The position numbers and the translations under genes are program-made. From Monocercomonoides exilis PA203 (lineage: Eukaryota; Protista; Preaxostyla): DNA of 64,000 bases. The stretch lies in NCBI GenBank assembly GCA_001643675.2, contig LSRY02000005.1, positions 1,674,001-1,738,000 on the forward strand. Reading direction: 5' to 3'. Positions 59,716 to 64,000 of the stretch are shown piece after piece. Position 1 is the first letter of the stretch, and each line of letters opens with the position of its first letter. Under the pieces are notes generated by a model. The model did not search any database. It saw nothing but the letters and a program-made list of their open reading frames with translations, and had not been told where the DNA came from.

Positions 59716-59936
59716 TTCGCCTTTTGCCATGGTCTCGAAGACCAGAGGGCAGGGGGCATTGCCCCTCGGAGCTCCCTCCTGCAGGCTGTGCAGGGATCCG
59801 GTGAGGCGAAAATTAAAAACGGAGCAGAAAGAAAAACCACTGTCGCTTTCGCGAGACGTGGAAAAGAAAACTGCATGTGATGTGTACTGCCTCCCGCTCT
59901 TCTGCTGATCCAGCAGAGCAACACCCAAACATCGCA
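59716..59936 (-). other. GC-rich multi-stem structured region in the 3' non-coding end of the DIRS element
   Basis: Nested stems: TTCGCCT/AGGCGAA enclosing TGCC/GGCA+TGGTC/GACCA, GGGGC/GCCCC and CGGA/TCCG+TCCTGCA/TGCAGGG. Further hairpins CCAC..GTGG and TGTGATGT/ACATCGCA enclosing TCTGCTG/CAGCAGA. Confidence 0.65.
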
Positions 59937-60099
59937 CACTGCATATTTAAAATTTAATTCGTCTCAGTAAAATCCATAATAACGAAACAAAGGAGTAGGA
60001 TCTTGATTAAAACTCAACATTCGTCACATGTTTCTCTATCCAAATTCTAGGTGTTCATAAATATCTTCGGGCGGTTGATCTTTTCCTCTATCCTTCTAT

Positions 60100-60122
60100 A
60101 TCTCGCCCTTTTTCTCGTCATA
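60100..60122. repeat. Internal complementary region (ICR), inverted match to the element terminus 59615-59638
   Basis: ATCTCGCCCTTTTTC-TCGTCATA versus reverse complement of 59615-59638 ATCTCGCCCTTTTTCCACGTCATA. Confidence 0.75.
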
Positions 60123-60757
60123 TTCCTCCAAATATGTTTCTCTCTGACGCATCCAGCCGCTCTGAGTCTCTCCATCCGCGTTAGTATTATTTCGGAGCAA
60201 ATCCTGCTCACTGCGTTCTATCAATTCGCAATAGAGCGAATATACGAACGCAAGGAGCAGGTTTGCTCCTCAATAATGAGTTTTGAAATCCCTCGTTCTC
60301 TTCTCTCCTCTGATCTTAAACCCTCCTGCCTAGCACCTTGTCGTGCGGCGGATGAATAGAGGGACTGCAGATGAAGGTGCAGCCCCTGTCTCTCCTCCCT
60401 CCCTCTCTTGGAATGTTTTCGGGGTGTTCTCGATCGGGTCTTCTGCGCCTGAACAGTCATGGCAATTCACACTATGCTTCTCTCTCCGCGTTTCCTCCGA
60501 TCGGTTTCGAGCTTCTTCTGCAAGGCAGTTTGTCTACCCTCCGTAAGCTCCATAATGTTGCGGGGAATTATGGAGGGTGTCTCATCACCCTTGGGGAGTT
60601 GTGCTATATCGTTCTCATGATGTGAACTCTTCTCTCGACTCGATCCTCGTTTCTTCAAATTCTTTCTCTTGCTCATCTCCGCTTCTCCCCCTGCTTGAGC
60701 CCTTTCTTCTGTGTTCTCCTTTGTTCCTGATTCTGTATTCTCATTTGAGATCTCTTT

Positions 60758-63700
60758 TCATTTGCTGTCCTTCTCCGACTTTTCTCCCTTTTCAGCAAGG
60801 GGTACTGGGCCACCGATTGTCTCCAGGATCCATCTCGTGTCCTGAACTGGTAACACGGTATAATACTCCTGGGCTACTCTAGAGCCTGGCGCCCATCTCG
60901 CGTACGCATTGATTGCTTTCCAATCTGCAGCTTGTTGTCTTGCTAAGTGCGTTATCACAGCGTATCTAATCGAGTACGCGGTAAATGTGTCGGGTATTCC
61001 GTTCTCTCTCAAGACAGCCACTTATTCTTCTTTAATCCTCTGCAAGTTTGCAGGTTGCCTCTCTCTGATATCGAACCACACATGTTCGTCTCTAAAGGTT
61101 GTCTTTGTATAATTCATCCAGCGTTGGAGCGCTGCAACAGCATCGATTCTTGAGTTTGGATGTTTATTTATAATCACCTTAACGGTCTCTCCCCCTGATA
61201 TTTTTGTTTGTACTTGTGTCTGGACCAACTCGTCTTTAAATATCGTTGTCCCTCTTCTCATCCTCTCCAGCTCTGCTGGTCTTAACGCACCAAATATCAT
61301 AGTTAAAATAAGAGCCCTCCTTTGGAGGGTCTGTGGGTCTTTCGTATCGTGAGTGGCTTCAGCCCATTTCGTAATGATTGTCAAGTCCCACATCGATTTG
61401 TATCGATTGCCTCTTCTTGGTTTCTCCCCCACATAGGTTTTTAGAAATATCTCTATGTCTTTCACTTCAACCTTAGTCTTTCTGAAGAGGTTAATAGCAT
61501 CCAGCACCTTCCGTACTGTCTGATTTATTACTCCGCTTGAGAGGTTTGTATTCGAGAGTGTTTCGATGAACTCTGCCATAATCCATTTTGCATCTTTTGT
61601 TGTGAGGGGGTCAGTGTCATCCATGCTCTCTCTATCAAGGAATTGCTTGAATCTTCGCAGCGCTCTCCACGTATCTCTCTCACTCTTCTGATTTCTAAGG
61701 ATTGCTGCTACTATGTCTTTTGCTCCAACGTGTTCTCCCCATGTTAAGAAGAGGTCTCTCCCTTGAATATTCTCTTCTCCAGTATAACGCTTATTACCTC
61801 TCCTGGGGGTAATTTCCAGCCTTCCCTTCTCATCTTCGTTCCCGGTATCATGCACTCCTGAAAGGTCCCCAGGGTCTTTGTCAAAAGCCCAGGCTGCAGT
61901 AGCGGGGTCCAGGTCTGCCCCCGCCAGGCTGGCAGAATCAGAATCGTCAGATCCCTCTGAGCTTCGTTCATCTTCTCTTTCATCACTCGTCCAATGTTTC
62001 TCAGGAACGGGTGGACTAGCACTATGTCGTCTTCTGGTGTTCCTTTCTCTCTCTTCCTTCTCATGGAGGATAGTCTCCAAGTACTTCCGCAGGGCACCGG
62101 CGCAATCTGTTCTGAAATTGTATCTAGTGTTCTCGGTCCGATTGTCTGTAATATCTCTGCGACTTTCTACCCCCTCAGTGCATAGTCCGGCTTTTTCGCC
62201 ATCCGGCTGAGTGCATCTGCTTCCGTGTTCTGCTCTCCCGGGAGGTGTTCCATCTGTATTGTCAAGTCCAGGCTGTTCAGTTTCTTCTCCAATGCTCTCA
62301 GTGTTGGGATGAGCGATGGCGCTCCTCTTTTCTTCTGGATTGTCCATCTCGTGGACATGTTGTCTGTCTTCAGACGAATATGATCTATCTTCTGATCTTT
62401 CAGCCATGCTCCTTTCCTTTCCAAAGTCCTCAACACTGCTCTGGACTCCTTTTCGTTTATCGCTAATGCGCTCTCTTGGAGGGTCCAACTCCCGTGGACA
62501 TATATCTTCTCCTCTTTGTTCTCTGTTGGTATTGTTAATACTGCACCCCATCCCAGCTCTGAAGCGTCCGTTGTTAGCTCTGCTGGTGTGTTCCTTCTCT
62601 TCAGACTACTTGGTCTGTTCTCTCTCAGAGTTTTCCTCCAATGTGTTAATTCTCCTAACATCATTGGGTTGGGTATCACTGTCCCGTTCCAGCCTCCGCG
62701 GGCTATTGCATGCCTCAGCACGTATTGCATGCGCTTCATCCACAAGCTCGCTGGTGGGTGTTGTAACCTCACAAAATTTTGCCTCCCGAGGAGTGCTGCT
62801 AAGTCCCTCGTCTTTTGCCTCCTCCTCTTCTTTGCATGTGCTATCCACTTTCGCACATCCTCCAGGAGCAGCACTCTCTTTCTCTCTTGGAGCGTCACTT
62901 CCATCTTCTCTGAGTTCCACAGCCATCCCAGAAACTCCACGCTCCTTGCGGGTTCTAGCTTCAGCTTCTCCTCCGACAGTATCCAGCCCAGATTTCTCAG
63001 GAACTGGGCTATCTCCTGTGAGATCGATCTCAAAGCATCCCTGTCTGGGTGCATGAGGAGGATGTCGTCCAGATATATCACCAGCTTTACCTTCCAATGT
63101 TCTCTGATATATGACGCTGCCCGTCTCATTATCTTCGTGAATACTCTGGGCGCGTCCTTTGCTCCAAATGGCATCCCCACGTAAGTATAACATTGCTTTT
63201 GAAAGCTGAAGCACAGAAAGGGACTGAACTGCTCGTCCACTTTGACATGTTGATAAGCACTCGATATGTCGAGCGTAGTCATCCAATCGTTCTCCTCCAG
63301 GAGTTCCACAACTGTCTCCTGGGAATCCATCTTGAAGTGTTTCCCTAGCACTTCCTCGTTTGAAATTCTGCAATCCAGAATCTTCCTCCACTTTCCGTTC
63401 TTCTTCCGGACCATGAATGTCGGGTTGAACCACTTCACCTCCGACTCCTGTATGAGCTTCACCACTCCTTCCCTCAATTCCTCCTGCAAGAGGGATAAAT
63501 AATTGTTTGTCATCTCTGTTGTTCCCCGAAACTCTTGTCTGTGTTTTTTCTCCTCGAGTGAGATTGGGGACTGGGGACTCATCCATCGAGCTCTTATACC
63601 ACGGCTCACTAGTTTGTCTCCCCCAATCTTCCTCCACTCGCTCAGCCTGTTCACCAGTCTCCCAGGAAGTGGCTCCTTCGGTGGTCCCACTGCTGCGCAA

Positions 63701-63949
63701 CTCCTCACTTCTGGACTCTTGTTGCAAAACTGTATCTGTGTATTCCCCTCTCCTTCGAGAGTGTCTGCAATAGCTGTCCTCGAGCTCACCTCCAGGGCGT
63801 TCCCAATTGGGGACTCGATAACAGTCCCATAAGTTCTCCAGACTCTCTTCACTACCTCCCTCTCGGGCTCCTGATCGTTCTTCTGTTTTGTCTTGCGGGG
63901 ATATACGGAGTCTTCCTCTGTGTTCTCTCTCCCTATTCCCATCTCGCAA
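60758..63949 (-). pseudogene. DIRS tyrosine recombinase reading frame (catalytic domain ~60758-61760), interrupted by TAG 62606-62608 and TAA 61022-61024
   Basis: ORFs 62606-63949, 61022-62551 and 60758-61021 are one frame. Motifs MWDL, GALRPAEL, QTKI, AYSIRYA, ARW, QEYY. Confidence 0.88.
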
Positions 63950-64000
63950 TCTATCGAGCTTTCTATCTCTATCCTCTTCTTTTGGTCGGAAGGGCTCAAT
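61744..64000 (-). pseudogene. DIRS reverse transcriptase - RNase H - methyltransferase-like polyprotein, interrupted by TAG 62167-62169
   Basis: RT: RKILDCR, LDISSAYQHV, MPFG, YLDD. RNase H: TTDAS..GWGA, TDN, HLPGEQNTEADALSR. Same frame continues into the MT-like VHPFL..ILILPAWRGQTW..WKLPPG. Confidence 0.92.

Larger units (their letters stand above)
59615..64000 (-). mobile_element. DIRS-like tyrosine-recombinase retrotransposon, 3' part (continues beyond window), decayed copy
   Basis: RT-RNase H-MT frame overlapped by a YR frame; GC content rises near 59.6 kb; terminus is complementary to an internal ICR. Confidence 0.92.

Noticed and set aside
60758-62608. TAR=Gln recoding (as in some oxymonads) explaining the three in-frame TAA/TAG codons in DIRS
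   Set aside because: Host ORFs of 3,600-5,900 codons rich in Gln have no internal TAA/TAG and several end at TAA; point mutation is the simpler explanation.

Overview
AT-rich eukaryotic (protist) genomic DNA with short GT-AG introns and the standard genetic code. Gene style and families resemble the oxymonad Monocercomonoides, but this assignment is inference. (1) 1-11932 is the right part of an integrated Polinton/Maverick-type DNA virus. It carries a D5-like SF3 helicase split by one in-frame TGA, an iteron-like repeat cluster, a KilA-N protein, a hypothetical gene, two bacteriophage-type fibre genes sharing an anchor module, an RVE integrase and a protein-primed PolB. Its non-coding terminal segment holds a tRNA-like relic, a subterminal hairpin and a (TAC)n end. 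It is inserted into a dispersed host repeat whose uninterrupted paralogue lies at 48.8-49.5 kb. (2) There are four host genes: a ~5,986-aa eIF4G-like protein whose spliced N-terminus is a SMI1/KNR4 (SUKH) domain; casein kinase 1 with a ~3,600-aa low-complexity tail; a cyclin-box protein; and a ~2,670-aa beta-helix surface receptor with a degenerate kinase. (3) Small non-autonomous elements include a 482-bp MITE with an 8-bp TSD and a foldback repeat. (4) 59615-64000 is the 3' part of a decayed DIRS-type tyrosine-recombinase retrotransposon with overlapping reading frames, an ICR and a structured 3' RNA. Most short ORFs in the track are shadows of low-complexity coding DNA.
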